64,000 nt of DNA from Octopus vulgaris (lineage: Eukaryota), in assembly GCA_951406725.2 (NCBI GenBank), contig OX597819.1, forward strand, positions 34,720,001 to 34,784,000, given 5' to 3'. The notes under the pieces are model-generated. The model ran no database searches. It saw only the letters and a program-made list of their open reading frames with translations, and was not told the DNA's origin. Position 1 is the first letter of the stretch. The number at the start of each line of letters is the position of its first letter. The position numbers were made by a program, and so were the translations under genes. Positions 42,890 through 57,885 of this stretch are shown piece by piece.

Positions 42890-45800
42890 TATATTAGCCA
42901 AGGGCCGCAAACAAAACAAATAGGAAAAAATAAGGGACAAGTGGGGTGCTGAACGATGCCATGTATACAATAAGTAGCAAAAAAAAAACAAATAACAAAA
43001 TAATTTAACAATACAAATTCCCCAAAAGCGGAGAGTTCTTCACATGGACAACTGCAGAACCCCACACAACCCGGTTATTTCGACTACCAGGTGCACCTCA
43101 GCAGGCGCCTCTCTCCTTCTCAACTCCTCTGGTTTACAAACAAAAGTTCAGAGCAGGCCTATTTACACGAGCCATACTCACCACATACACTCACCTTCCA
43201 ACAAATTTACTGGGGGCAAAACTTCTCTCTCTACCCTCACTTTCCTTTTCAAGTGGAACTTGAAAAAGTCGATAAGGGCCTGGCCGAAGAGGAAAGTATC
43301 TGTCTTCAGTCCTTTCAGACTCGTTCACCACACTACCTCTTTTGCCATAGCCACTAGACAGAGGAAATCTGCCCTTCCTCCCCGGCCAAAGGAAGGTAGC
43401 AAGGCTATCTTCACGATGGATTCGGCTGATAATTAGACCCGTCCTACACGCGATAACAGCTGTTCGACAAAGTTCCACAAGTCAGTAATGCACGGACACT
43501 GGTCGAATGCGTGCAGGACGATTTCGTCGCCCGACGCACAATCGGACAGATCCGTCTAACAATGCTTCTGTGTCTGTAGAGCTTGTCTCGAACCGGCAGA
43601 GCATCCCGGTAGCACTACCAGGTTTAGGGATTTCTGGAAGTTATCCATAGGCTCCGGCCCGAAAGTCATCCGGAAAGGACCAGTTAATTGATCCCTCCCG
43701 ACGCCCAGAGTTTCCCCAAGGACGTCGTCGCTCTTGCCCGCCACTAATCCCCTATAGAACTCCATAGTGGAACTTCCACCGACCGCGCTGTCCGACTAGC
43801 AGAAAGCTATGCCGACATTCACGGTGCCAAGCGCCCTTTCTTGGTCTACATTTGATTCAGGACTGTAGCTCCGTCAATGAGACGAGCTACGGAAGATCCT
43901 GTTTGACAAACGGCGACCACATCTGTTCACCGTAAACAAAATGCTGGAACTGTTGTAACCTCAACGCATCATTAACCACGGCATACCCAGTCCTCCACTC
44001 AGTGGCTGTTGACAGCAGATGGACCGTCTGACGAGCGGAACACGCTTTTCCACAGAAAGCGGAAAAGCAAGCGTTCCAGCTTGGTCAGGCACGAAGCAGG
44101 GCAAGGGACGAAAGTCCGGCGATAATAGATGACAAATGGAACGCCTGACCAGTGAAATAAATGCATTCTGTCCAAAAAATAATAATAACAGCAGAGCAGA
44201 CACACCATTCCGGTCGAATGTAAACTTGTGCAAGGTACGACAGTCGGGTGGTAATTGGTGACGAGAGCGATGTAGGAGTTCATTGCCTCTGCCCGGCTGT
44301 TCGGGGTTGGCTTCCTCTCCATCTATTTCTGGAGGAGACTGGTCACCCTGGTCGTCACTTCATCCTAGTCCTTCTTCGGGTGAACTAGACCAAACCGTAG
44401 CCTATGCACCTGGTCCGTCTGTCTACTGTTGAACAACATGGACCGAACTGTAAATCCATCGACATTTCCTGATTGATTCGTTCTTTTATGTCTTAGAACA
44501 AGTGCCTTACTTACGACAATGCAGCCTTGCTGCTCCGCTTTGAAGAATTGATATAGGTTCAATCTCCTAGTAAGCACGTCAGCTGAGATGCCTTTTCCAA
44601 AGGACACTTTCAAGTTTCTAAAAAAGTCTCCTTCTAATCTAGTTTTCTCTATTTCGAGTCCCTTCCTAAACTTTATCAATCCTGTTCTAATCGCACTTTT
44701 CAGGGCGAACCACCATTTGGTGCTGGTGATTGTCCCCGTCAACTTCCACAAAATCACTTGATTAATCCGTCCTCTCTAACTCATTCAGCTTCCCAATAAC
44801 CGGGTCCCTGCCTACGAAACCTGCCTAGGTTGAGCGTACAGAGGACAAATTTATGGCATATGTAACTCAATGATTCTCAACCATTTATTTTTCTTTACCT
44901 ATAAAACCCCTCTGGTTCCTATTTTACTCGGTTGGATGTTTACAAAATCCTATTGCATTTTGATAATTAAATACCATTAGGAATTGTATTTAAAATAAGG
45001 TTATAACAGTTTGTGTATTGTAGAAGTTTACTGCACATAGATTTTAACAGCAAAATTTTATATGGACCCCCAAGGATCATAAGGACCCCGGTTGAGAACC
45101 ACTTGTGTAGCTGATCACTCTGAATCGCGGACAACATATGCTAACCCTATCAAGTACCCTACAGAATACTCTATCTAGATAAATTTAAATTACGGATGTA
45201 ATTTGTCCATTTTCATAGTAACATGTTCTGGATATTCAATCAGTACTTGCCAGACTGTTGGGTGACACATTCTAGATATCCAGCCGGTGCCTGTCAGACC
45301 GCTGGAAACGGCTGAGCAGGCTTGTACTCCCCTCTTCTATTGGTTAGCCTCACAAAACCCCATCATGTATCCAAGATACCAATTGAACCACACGCTAGCT
45401 CTAAAAGACGGTATGTTTCTAATAAAGACTCTCGGCACCTGAAGAAATCTGACTGCCCCACCCCTACAAGACAGATGGTATGGCCTTTGTTGCTGATCGT
45501 GTCCAACAGCCCTGAGTTACCTCCTGAGTCCGGGAACAGAATTTCTGAAACAACACAGCAACTGTACCTCCCGGTCTCAATGGACTTGGAGATGTGTACG
45601 CCTCGTAGCCGTCGAAAGTGGGCGCGAAAGCTAGCTCGTGGCTCGGTAATTTTGGTTTCACTGATATCCACCACACCATGGCTAATGATCTGAAGTCGTT
45701 GAGCAGGTGCTGCTTCTTCCAATGTGACGCAGGCCACGTGCATTCACGCTGCCTGTTCTGAATAATGCAATGTTGGATGAAAGGACGATCCGTCCTTCAG
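42890..45800 (-). mobile_element. Degenerate Tx1/L1-clade LINE (endonuclease relic, linker, RT C-terminal region, zinc-finger region, 3' end), interrupted by an hAT MITE
   Basis: GPGYW/KLN at ~44800; KWWFALKSAIR; RLLFRFLW; LVRRSICCQQPLSGGLGMP; A/T-rich tail next to (TAA)n. Confidence 0.7.
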
Positions 45801-46880
45801 GTTAGTTATGGATGTTTATTCCACAATTTCTTATAAATTCTCTAACTTGTTCTCCCTTCGAAATCTTCCATTCTATCGGAGTATTTTATCGACCCAAAAA
45901 GATGAAAGACGAAGTCGAATTCAGCGAGAATTGAACTTAGAGCATAAATAGGTGGAACTAAGTACCGATCGGCCTTGGTGCCGATTCGGCCACTCCGTAT
46001 CTTCCCAAGGCACATGAACACAAATGTGGTGCGAGAATGCAACTAATTTAATAGACTCTCCTCACATGGCCGAAATTTATTTTATCAAAACCAAAAGAAT
46101 GAAGAGTTAAATGGACTCCGGTTGAGGAAGATTTAAATTTAGGCTGTAAGTCATTTTGTGCTCATTGTTCTGCCAATTTACCATTTACCGAAAAAAACTT
46201 ATGGCGAGAAAAACACAGAGGAGAGAGAGAGGGGGGGAAGAGAGAAGAGGAGGGAGTGTTAAGTTGGCCACAGAGTACAAAATATAAAGGAAAACATAAA
46301 GAGAATAATAATAGAGAGGTTATAAGATATATGTATGACCTGAAGTTATAGAATAAAGTGGGAAGGACTTCGGAGCATAGAATTAATAGATCATGGAAAA
46401 AAGAGAAAAAGTGGGGGAAAAAAAGAAAATTTCGGTAATTGAAAAGATTGAATGAAAATAATTTTTTTAGAAAAACGTTGATTGAAGAAAATACATCTCA
46501 GACAGAATGTTGAAGGCAAGCTAATTCAAACGACTGGAAATAGATGGAACTTAAAAAGAGGGGTTAAATACACCGTAATAGCAGCTCAGGAGTATAGTAA
46601 CGATGATATATAACAGTAAAATTGACAAAAAAATAGTTTCCAATGGTAAGACAATATAAAGTGACAAGTAGAATAAATGGACGGCGTTTTTCCTAAAGAC
46701 TCGCATGCTTTTCTCTGCATGCGGAAGATATAGAAAAGCTTAAAGCTTAAGACAGCTGTGCAGTGAAAGAAAGGAATGATATTGATGAAATAACGGAGGA
46801 TTTTCACAATGAAAATGAATGAATTGTTAGCAACAAACTGACCAGTTGTAATACTCGGTAATATTAAAACATAAGGCTAA

Positions 46881-47269
46881 TCTTTATATATAAAAGTGAG
46901 GTTGTGTGCTGTCTGTCTCCTACGATTTAGATTCCTAACTACTCCCACATTTTGCGGTGCAGTTTAACCAAAACCGGGTATCTTATAGTCGTGATTCATA
47001 TCGAGCCCTTCTGGGTATTAGCGCGCGTCTACGATGAGTCTACGATTTTTTTTTTAAATTACCATCAATTTTTCCCATTTTTGGCATATATAAGGGAAGT
47101 AACTCTCTAAAAATATTTTATTAAATCTCAGAACGTAAAAAGCTACAGTAACACCCCCACCCCTTTTGTGGTTAGCCATATTGAGATGGCTATTATACTT
47201 TACATCTCTAAAAATGCTTATATAGTTATTTCCCTTACAAATCCGAGCAACGCCGAGCGATACTGCTAG
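46881..47269 (+). mobile_element. Non-autonomous Helitron-like element
   Basis: A|TC...hairpin..CTAG|T; reverse complement of 10007-10400. Confidence 0.8.
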
Positions 47270-47734
47270 TGATCTATATATTAATACAACAGTCCGTTAC
47301 AACTTGCTTTTGTGTAGCGCTAAAGGAACTAACTCAAACAAAACGAAAAATAAGCAGGTGGTAGTTATGATAGTGGGTGTGGGTGCGGGAATTATTTTGG
47401 TACGGAGAATGGTGAATAGAGAAAGATACAGAGAGAGAGAGAGAGGACGAGACTGAGAGTGGCAGAAATAGGGTGATCAATGAAGAGATAAAGAGAGAAA
47501 ATATGAGCAACAGAGATAAAACTAGACAAAGAAAGAAACTAAAAGAGAAAGAGAGAAAGTAAGACAAAAGATTCTAGGAAGGAAGAGTTTGGATAAGAGT
47601 GGCAGTTAAAGTAAACATGCAAGAGAAAGAGGGTGAAAGAGACATGAAGATTTAAACCTGAAGAGGAAGGGAAAGTAGGAAGATTATCAAGACGCAGCAA
47701 AGTTTGTAACGTCACTGCGTCTTGTTTCATTCTC

Positions 47735-47799
<65 letters not shown>

Positions 47800-47944
47800 G
47801 TTTGTTATAAGTGATTTTCAAGTGCATCTTTCGTTGAAACCTGCCTTGATAGACCTACGATCAAAGGCCTCCCAGCTATGACCATTCCATATTTTTGTAT
47901 ATCAGGGATTACATTCTCCAGTGTAATTTTCATTGTCTATGATA

Positions 47945-48617
<673 letters not shown>

Positions 48618-48870
48618 TGATAAAAATGGTAAGACAACAAAAGAATGAAAGAGACCTCGATATTATGTAAATAGAGGAATTTATCTGTAAATGTGTAGGT
48701 ATGGACATGCGCGCTTACGCGAACACTATGAACTTTTTTACCCCCTTGCGTTTACTCTCTCCCCTCACTTAGCGGTCATTCAAATAGGTTTTTTTGTTTT
48801 AATAACGGTCAATCACACAGTAATTTCCTTTTGTATAACAGTCATTTTCATAGCATTTTTTCCGATGGCC

Positions 48871-48931
48871 GATAACTGAAGAGATGGCGGCGTGGATTTC
48901 CACCCCGGCATCCGAAACTCAGAGTGTTATC
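48871..48931 (+). ncRNA. Type-I hammerhead-like motif with long stem II, inside an insert (48618-48964) between (TA)n arrays
   Basis: gataa CTGAAGA gatg...catc c GAAA ctcagag TG ttatc. The GUG triplet is probably non-cleaving. Confidence 0.65.
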
Positions 48932-48958
48932 ATGGCTACCGAATAATTGTCACATATT

Positions 48959-49020
<62 letters not shown>

Positions 49021-49323
49021 TGCATGCGTGCGGGTGCGTGTCTGTGCGTACGTGCTCGACATTTTAAAACTGATGTAATACTTGCAGTGTTTAATAAAAT
49101 GAAGTAGCATGAAACGGTTGTACTACACTTGGATATCCTTGTTGCATATTTTGATTATTATCACCCCATTTGATTTATATGTATAAAACCATACCAAATT
49201 CTGGTGCCTTTAACTTAAGTACCATATTCATCTGAATCTAAATTTTGCTGAATTTACATATATATATATGTAATATACACATATATATACATGTATGTGT
49301 TTATAAATATATATATATATATT

Positions 49324-49408
<85 letters not shown>

Positions 49409-49529
49409 TCAGACGACTGTGATTTAGATTTGTGGGAAGTATCATAAAAATAGAGTTAATTAATAACTGGATAACTCAATAATTAATGACACTCTTTATT
49501 TACAGATATATTACCAACACAATGAATGT

Positions 49530-49692
<163 letters not shown>

Positions 49693-49833
49693 TACGTAGG
49701 TACATTTATATACATGCATATGTATGCTCATTTATACACACATATGTGTATGTGTTTGTGTGTGGATGTGTGTGTATGGTTATATGTGTATATCTGTTTG
49801 TATTTGTTTGTATGCATACATGTAATATATATA

Positions 49834-50220
49834 GGCGCAGGAGTGGCTGTGTGGTAAGTAGCTTGCTTACCCACCACATGGTTCCAGGTTCATTCCCACT
49901 GCATGGCACCTCGGGCAAGTGTCTTCTACTATAGCTTCAGGCCGACCAAAGCCTTGTGAGTGGATTTGGTAGACAGAAACTGAAAGAAGCCTGTCATATA
50001 TATGTATATATGTATATGTATGTGTGTGTCCCCCCAACATCGCTTGACAACCGATGGTGATGTGTTTAATTCCCCGTAACTTAGCGGTTCGGCAAAAGAG
50101 ACCGAAAGAATAAGTAATTGGCTTACAAAGAATAAGTCTTTGGGTCGATTTGCTCGACTAAAGGCGGTGCTCCAGCATGGCCGCAGACAAATGACTGAAA
50201 CAAATAAAAGAGAGTAAAAG
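49834..50220 (+). mobile_element. SINE family A
   Basis: Full-length match. Confidence 0.9.
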
Positions 50221-50248
50221 TGAGTAATATGTATGTATGTATAAAATG

Positions 50249-50304
<56 letters not shown>

Positions 50305-50496
50305 TATATACATATATATACACATATATATATACATATATATACATATATATATACATTTATATATACATATACACATATATATATACATATATATATA
50401 TATATACATATATATATACATATATATATACATATATATATACACACACACTCACAGCACACACACACACACATATATATATATACACACACACAG

Positions 50497-50534
<38 letters not shown>

Positions 50535-50547
50535 CACACACACACAG

Positions 50548-50583
<36 letters not shown>

Positions 50584-50595
50584 CACACCCACACA

Positions 50596-50703
<108 letters not shown>

Positions 50704-51133
50704 TATAATTTAGTATGTTGACAATATATATTATGGGAATAAAGAATTTAATTAATTACTTAACCAACCAATTATTAATTACAAGTCCCAAATATTTGCG
50801 ACGTTTCACACAAATTAAAATCGCAATTATCTTAATCTACATTTGTTTGCTTTTATCCATGTCATTTTTATATTTGTTTATTTAAAGATCAATATTTGTG
50901 CTTCTTCATTCGTTTTTTATCTATTTCGATATTTGCGTTTGGTTGTTCAGTAAAACAGATTTTCGGAACATTAAATCTAAATATGTTATCGAATCACATT
51001 CAATTTTTTAAAAATTATTTTGATTAATTTATTTTGCAATATTTGCTGACTTTTTTTTCAACCTTTGAGACTACGATTATTTACTATAAATATATGAAAC
51101 AATCAATATATAACCATCTAGTTATTAATAGAG

Positions 51134-51195
<62 letters not shown>

Positions 51196-51259
51196 TAATA
51201 ATAATAATAATAATGATAATGATGATGATGATAATAATAATAATAATAATAATAATAAT

Positions 51260-51654
51260 TCTTTCTACTATAGGCACAAGGCCTGAAATTTGGGGGAGGG
51301 GATAGTCTATTACATCGACACCAGAACTCAACCGGTACTTAATTTATCGACCTCGAAAGAATGAAAGGCAAAGTCAACCTCGGCGGAATTTGAACTCAGA
51401 ACGTAACGGCAGACGAAATACCTATTTCTTTACTACCCACAAGGGCTAAACACAGAGGGGACAAACAAGGACAGATGAACGGATTAAGTCGATTACATCG
51501 ACCCCAGTGCGTAACTGGTACTTAATTTATCGACCCCGAAAGGATGAAAGGCAAAGTCGACCTCGGCGGAATTTGAACTCAGAACGTAACGGCAGACGAA
51601 ATACGGCTACGCATTTCACCCGGGGTGCTAACGTTTCTACCAGCTCGCCGCCTT
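51260..51654 (-). mobile_element. SINE family B tandem dimer in (TAA)n
   Basis: Junction gacgaaata|cctatttc at 51420. Confidence 0.85.
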
Positions 51655-51681
51655 GATAATAATAATAATAATAATAATAAC

Positions 51682-51744
<63 letters not shown>

Positions 51745-51751
51745 CATCATC

Positions 51752-52285
51752 ATCTTAACTAATTGGAAGTGTTATGTACATGTTTTGTCTTGGTAAAAAA
51801 AAATGGGCTACAGCAAATATTCTACTCAATACCACAAATTTGCTTGTCAGTTGTTTGACCATAACCAGTTGAGCATGTTCCTTAATGGCTGACGATATGC
51901 GCATTTCTGATCACGAGCAGAAGTAGTTGGGGGGGGGATATCATTAGCCATGTGCTGAGAGGAATTCTTTTGGAGTTTGAATAATTCACTTCTGAAAACA
52001 TGGGTGTTTCTATCAACAGCCTTAAACAACTCTTCATGAAGGACCTTTTGAGCGGGAAGGGCTACTCGATCTGAAGAAAATTCTAAATGGGCGCCACTTG
52101 CAAGCTCATGCGCTGTTTATCTTGATATGAGACCACCATGTCGTGAACATATGGTCGTGATGCATGTGCCCTTATCAGACGGGTAGTCATGTACTCTTAT
52201 CAGACGAGTAGTCATGATGGGTATAATGGGTTTCGTATATTTTGCACCAGTGTCACTTCGATGGCATGCACTGCTCTCTAAGTCA
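51752..52285 (+). mobile_element. (TAA)n-embedded 560 bp repeat (opposite orientation)
   Basis: Reverse complement of 1090-1645, followed by (AAT)n. Confidence 0.75.
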
Positions 52286-52326
52286 ATAATAATAACAACA
52301 ACAACAACAACAACAATAATAATAAC

Positions 52327-52373
<47 letters not shown>

Positions 52374-52387
52374 TAATAATAATAATA

Positions 52388-52515
52388 ATCCTACGCAGAA
52401 CACTTTCCATACAATAACCATCAGAGCATCACAACAAATCACAGCACATACCTAAGGCACACAGAGCTGACTCGGTAGTGAAGTGAAAGCACGCTATAAA
52501 AATAAAACTACTGAA
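52388..52515 (+). mobile_element. Extremely 5'-truncated R4/Dong copy (last codons plus 3' UTR) in (TAA)n
   Basis: ILRRTLSIQ* plus a UTR nearly identical to 1705-1836. Confidence 0.85.
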
Positions 52516-52532
52516 TAATAATAATAATGATG

Positions 52533-52593
<61 letters not shown>

Positions 52594-52596
<3 letters not shown>

Positions 52597-53490
52597 AAAC
52601 AATGCGTGGGCAATACCTCAGAAAAGTCGAAGGGAAAGACAAGATCAACACCAGGAAGTGACTAAGGTGATCTGAAAGGATCCTCTGAGGCATTGACATG
52701 CAGCGCCCAGGAACAAGCACTGAAAACTAAATACACCAAGTTCCAAATAGATAAGAGCAGTGAATCGCTCCTTTGTAGGGTGTGTAGCAGCAAAAACGAA
52801 ACAATTTCACATGCTATGAATGAGTGTAGAAAACAGGCTGAAAAGGAGGCACGATAATGTGGATAATGTTTTTCGCTGGAAATTGTGTGAAGAAGTAATC
52901 TTGGAAGAACATGGAAATGGTACGAAAATAAACCAGAAGGCGTCACTAAGAGTAATGAATATAAGATCTTATCGGATTTTACAATCCATTATGACTCACT
53001 AATTGATGCTCGGAGACCAGACATTATTGTATTGGGGGAAAAATTAAGAAGAAAACTAAGATTATAGATATTGTCTTATCTGGGAACACAAGCGTAGGTG
53101 ACAATGAGCTGGAAAAGGTGGGAAAATGCAAAATTACTGAAAGACGAAATTGCAAAATTGTGGGCAATGAAGACAGTAAGTTTTACCCCAATAGTTTTAG
53201 GGGCACTCGGAGCACTAACAGCCAAGTCTGAGAAGTATGTCGGAGAAATTAGAATTGACATGAGGGGAGAACATGCTCAAAAAACTTTCCTATTATTAGA
53301 GAGCGGGGATTTTGAGGCTTTTGAGATTGGTACTTGGTTGAAGAGTACCTTCCACGATACTTAACACCTACGTACCAAGTCTTATAACTCGTGGAAAGAG
53401 ACCCCGTGAGACCTTTGACAACAGGTTGCTGTCCGCTCTCGCAGAATTAATCGGAGCAAGCAAGACTGGGAACTCAGTGAACGAAAATTT
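52594..53490 (+). mobile_element. Degenerate R4-clade RLE LINE 3' relic in (TAA)n
   Basis: MRGQYL..AQEQALKTKY..CRVC..ETISH..RRHDNV..RRPDII..LKDEIAKLW..PIVLGALG. Confidence 0.75.
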
Positions 53491-54511
53491 AATAATAATA
53501 ATTATTATTATTATTATTATTATTATTATCCTTTCTACTGGAAGCACTAGGCCTCAAATTCGGGGGAAGAGATTAAGTCGATTACATCGACCCCCAGTGC
53601 GTAACTGGTGCTAATTTTATCGACCCCGAAGGGATGAAAGGCAAAGTCGACCTCGGCGGAATTTGAACTCATAACGTAAAGACGGACGAAATGCCGCTAA
53701 GCATTATGCCCGACGTGCTGACGATTCTGCCAGCCTTTCTACTATAGGCACAAGGCTATATAAGGTAAATCCAAAGATCTTAGACATCACTGCCTTCGTA
53801 AATTAACGAAAGAAACTAGTTAAATTTACTAGATACAGGAGACAGACGTAAACATCTGTCCCGTTTATCAGATAACTTTACCATGGGGAGTAAAAGAAGG
53901 AACGATTGAGAACAAATCGAAAAGGTGTCTAATATTCAAATCAATCTACTTGATTTAGTTATTGTTGGCACTCCGTCGGTTACGACGAGGGTTCCAGTTG
54001 ATCACAGCCTGCTCGTGAGATTAACGTGCAAGTGGCTGAGCACTCCACAGAGACGTGTACCCTTAACGTAATTCTCGGGGAGATTCAGCGTGACACGGAG
54101 TGTGACAAGGCTGGCCCTTTGAAATACAGGTACAGCAGAAACAGAAAGAAAGAGTGAGAGAAAGTTGTGGTGAAAGAGTACAGCAGGGTTCGCCACCACC
54201 CCCACCGGAGCCTCATGGAGCTTTAGGTGTTTTCGCTCAATAAACACTCACGACTGGGAATCGGTCTGGGAATTGTTATGTAATTATCACAACAAACATG
54301 AACAATCAACGTTGCCCATTGTCTCCCTTGATACAAGGACATTCAGTAAGTTTCCCGCCACAACAAATACCTTGTACAACAACGGCAGTCTAATAAAGTA
54401 TCTCGTATCGTTAACACGTTTTTTCAGTCTCTCTCACTTTCTTAATCTTTCATACTAAGTACTCACTACTTCCTTTAATACTCAATACATTATATATATA
54501 TAACAACAACA

Positions 54512-54522
54512 TGGTGTCAGAA
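54512..54522 (+). promoter_or_regulatory. Primer binding site, tRNA-Leu-like
   Basis: TGGTGTCAGAA immediately after the 5' LTR, complementary to a ...UUCUGACACCA tRNA-Leu 3' end. Confidence 0.75.
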
Positions 54523-54589
54523 TACTAAATGAACCCAAAATACAGAAACCAAAAGAAAAAAGAAGTTGAAATCATACTTCAAAGACGAA

Positions 54590-55429
54590 ATGGAAAATTT
54601 ACCGCATCCAAAAGACCTAGACTTTAATCAGGAAAATCTAGCCGCAGCATGGAAGAAGTGGAAAAAAGAATTCAATCTCTTTTTGATAGCAACAGAAAGT
54701 GACATGAAGCCAGACAAAGTAAAAACTTCAATGTTTTTAACTTGCATCGGTTCCAAAGGCCGAGACATCCATTCCACTCTGGATTTCGATTCACCCGACG
54801 AAGAAATGAACCTTCAAACAGTAATCGAAAAATTCGATGCATATTGTGAACCCAGGAAAAACATAACTTTCCTGAGACACAAATTCTTCACATGTGGACA
54901 AGCGTAACATCAAAAATTCGATGAGTACGTGGTACAGTTGCGCCAAAAGGCACAACAGTGCGAATTCGGCAACCTCACAGACAGTCTCACCAGAGATATT
55001 CTGATATGTGGAATCAGAGACATGAGATTAAGAGAAAGATTATTGAGAGAACCAAATTTAGACTTACAAAAAACAATTCAAGCAGGTCAGAGTGCAGAGC
55101 AAACACGACTCCAACCAAGGATGCTAAATGCCACATCCGAAACAAGAGATAACGAAATCTCGAAGGTATATAGTCAACACGACAGAAAAGGCGCCAAAAC
55201 TCAAATAACTCGCCATATGCAATCCAGACATCAAAACGAACAAGGCGGAAGTGACAGAAAGCCCGCGAAGTTTCAAGCGCCAAGTCAACACTACGTCACT
55301 AACTGTCACTATTGTGGTTATAATCACAAAAGAAATAAATACCCAGCATTTCACAAGACATGTGAAAAATGCAAGAAACAAGGACACTATGCAAAAATGT
55401 GCAAATCAAGAAAATTTTACATAAAGTAG
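54590..55429 (+). pseudogene. gag: gag, with an in-frame stop at 54905-54907
   Basis: WKKWKKEF..FDAYCEPRKN..RHKFF; LRQKAQQCEFG..RDILICGIRD; double zinc knuckle CHYCGYNH..YPA..CEKCKKQGHYAKMC. Confidence 0.9.
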
Positions 55430-56780
55430 AGATACATACCGACGATGAATCAGATGACGATACACATGCACTCGAAATGATCACTGCAAATAATTCCCGC
55501 GTGCACAAAATCGAAAAGTTCAAGACTCCAAAAGACATTTGGACGGTCGAACTAAAAGTGAACAACTCGAATGTAACATTCAAAATTGATACTGGAGCAG
55601 ACGTAACCGTACTGCCATTCAGAGAATATAGAAATATAATTCCAAAACCACAACTGCAAAAAACCTCAACTCAATTATCAGCTTACAATAACACAGCTAT
55701 AAAAGTGCTAGGAAAATGCACAGCAGTCATTAAATACAAAGAATTATCAAAACAAATAAAATTCATTGTTGCAAAAACAAACTCGCACGCAGTTATAGAT
55801 GCAAAGACAGCTAAAGATCTGAACCTAATTCAGAGAATTTCAAAAATAAACTCGTCGAACACAAACGACATAATAGAAAAATATGAAGACTGTTTCGGAG
55901 AAATCGGCACTTTGTCAATAACACATCATATCACAGTGGATCCACAAATAACTCCTGTAATTCATCCACCAAGATCGGTTCCTTTTTCTATAAAAGAAAA
56001 ACTCAACAAAGAATTCAAAAGAATGACAGAATTAGGTATCATAAAACCTGTTAGTGAACCTACAGACTGGGTAAATTCCCTAGTCATCGTTGAAAAAGCC
56101 AACGGAAAACTCCGACTCTGTTTAGACCTCAAGAATCTAAACAAAGCCATAAAAAGGCAACATTTCAAACTCCCTACAGCGGAGGACATTTTTGCACAAA
56201 TGCATAACCCTAAATATTTTTCGAAACTCGATGCATCTAATGGATACTGGCAAATTCCAGTTGACGAAGAAAGCTCTCATCTGTTAACGTTCAACACACC
56301 TTTTGGAAGGTATCGCTTCACACGACTACCCTTTGGAATTCACAGCGCCAGTGAAGTTTTCCAAAAAGAAATTGCAAAATTAATAGAGGGCATAGAAGGA
56401 GCAAGAAATTCACAGGATGACATCATAATCTCGTCCAGCACTTTAGAAGAACACACAAATAGACTACAACAAGTTTTCGATCGAATCCGAAAGCACGGAT
56501 TAAAGTTAAATAAATCAAAGTGTATCTTCTATGAATCACAAATCACGTACCTTGGGCATCTATTAACCAGCGAAGGGATAAAACAAGATCCAACCAAAGT
56601 GCAAGCAATCATTCACATGCCACTGCCAACAAATAAAAAAGAATTACAAAGATTCCTAGGTATGACAAATTACCTATGTAAATTTTTATCTAATTACTCC
56701 GAAGTTACAGCACCATTACGCCAGCTTCTACAGAGTGACACGTTATGATCATTCGACAAACCACAAATCGAAGCAATAAA
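55400..56780 (+). pseudogene. pol: pol: aspartic protease plus RT; RNase H and integrase missing
   Basis: FKIDTGADV; LRLCLD; LDASNGYWQ; RLPFG; SQDDII; YLGH; FLGMTNY. TGA at 56746, then sequence runs straight into the PPT. Confidence 0.92.
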
Positions 56781-57885
56781 AAATAAATAAATAAATAAAT
56801 AAAAAAAGGGAAGATGTTATGTAATTATCACAACAAACATGAACAATCAACGTTGCCCATTGTCTTCCTTGATACAAGGACATTCAGTAAGTTTCCCGCC
56901 ACAACAAATACCTTGTACAACAACGGCAGTCTAATAAAGTATCTCGTATCGTTAACACGTTTTTTCAGTCTCTCTCATTTTCTTAATCTTTCATACTAAG
57001 TACTCACTACTTCCTTTAATACTCAATACATTATATATATATAACAACAACAGGAATCGAAACCGCGATCCTACAACCACGAGTCCGCTGCCCTAACCAC
57101 TGGGCCATTGCGCCTCCACAATTTAGTTTTAAATGTAACAACAGTACAATTTTGTTGTGAATATAAAATGTAAGATATTCGATTACTGACAGAAAATACA
57201 GTAACCCTGAAACGTCCACATTGAAGTTGTCTAATAAACATGACAAGCGTTCTTATATCTAGAAAATTTATTAAATTTATTTAACCAATTTACGAAATCC
57301 GTGACCGCTAAATAAATCAACGTTAGTCTATTTTCTGTATTTACCGGAGTGCAAGATAAGCTTATCAACAAATTGCAGTGCTTCAAATGCGGCTGTAATA
57401 CGGAATGGAGTGTTGAAGCTAGGGAATTTGATAAGCAGAAGTCCGTTACGTACAATAATTGTTACTAATAATAGAATATCGAAAACAGGCCAAAATATCA
57501 CAGTCTATCAGCACAAGCCATAGCCATAGTAAGTCTTTCATTATCTGATTTTACAGTCATGGACGCCACTCTCATGGATGCGTTGCAGTTACTCTTTTGA
57601 TAGAGCTTGGTGACCCTGACCGTTGATCTTCTAGGATTCTTCTGTTCAGGATCAATGTAAGTAGCACCGTTGGTGCAGTTGAGCTCTTCCGCTACCTCTT
57701 CGCAATCCTATCACTTCGACGTGTCCCTGACAGAGTGAATGAACGGTAGCTATGCCTTACCAAAGGGCAGCTCGTAACTATGCAGATCACAGTCGTCACT
57801 CCCAATTCAAATTCATAATAATTGGACTGCGACAGAGAGTTATGGGAATCTGTGAAAGTAGCGAAACAAATTAAGTACAAACATA

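Larger units (their letters stand above)
54274..57052 (+). mobile_element. Gypsy/Ty3 (Mag-like) LTR retrotransposon, internally deleted
   Basis: 238-bp TG..CA LTRs at 54274-54511 and 56815-57052 (2 differences seen); 5-bp TSD ggaat; PBS tggtgtcagaa; PPT aaaaaaagggaaga. Confidence 0.95.
53968..57119 (-). mobile_element. SINE family C split by the Gypsy insertion
   Basis: Body at 53968-54273 and head at 57053-57119 are collinear with 36385-36765; atttagtt direct repeat lies outside. Confidence 0.9.

Noticed and set aside
55405-55429. Programmed -1 frameshift between gag and pol
   Set aside because: No in-frame X XXY YYZ heptamer; more likely a mutation in an originally single ORF.
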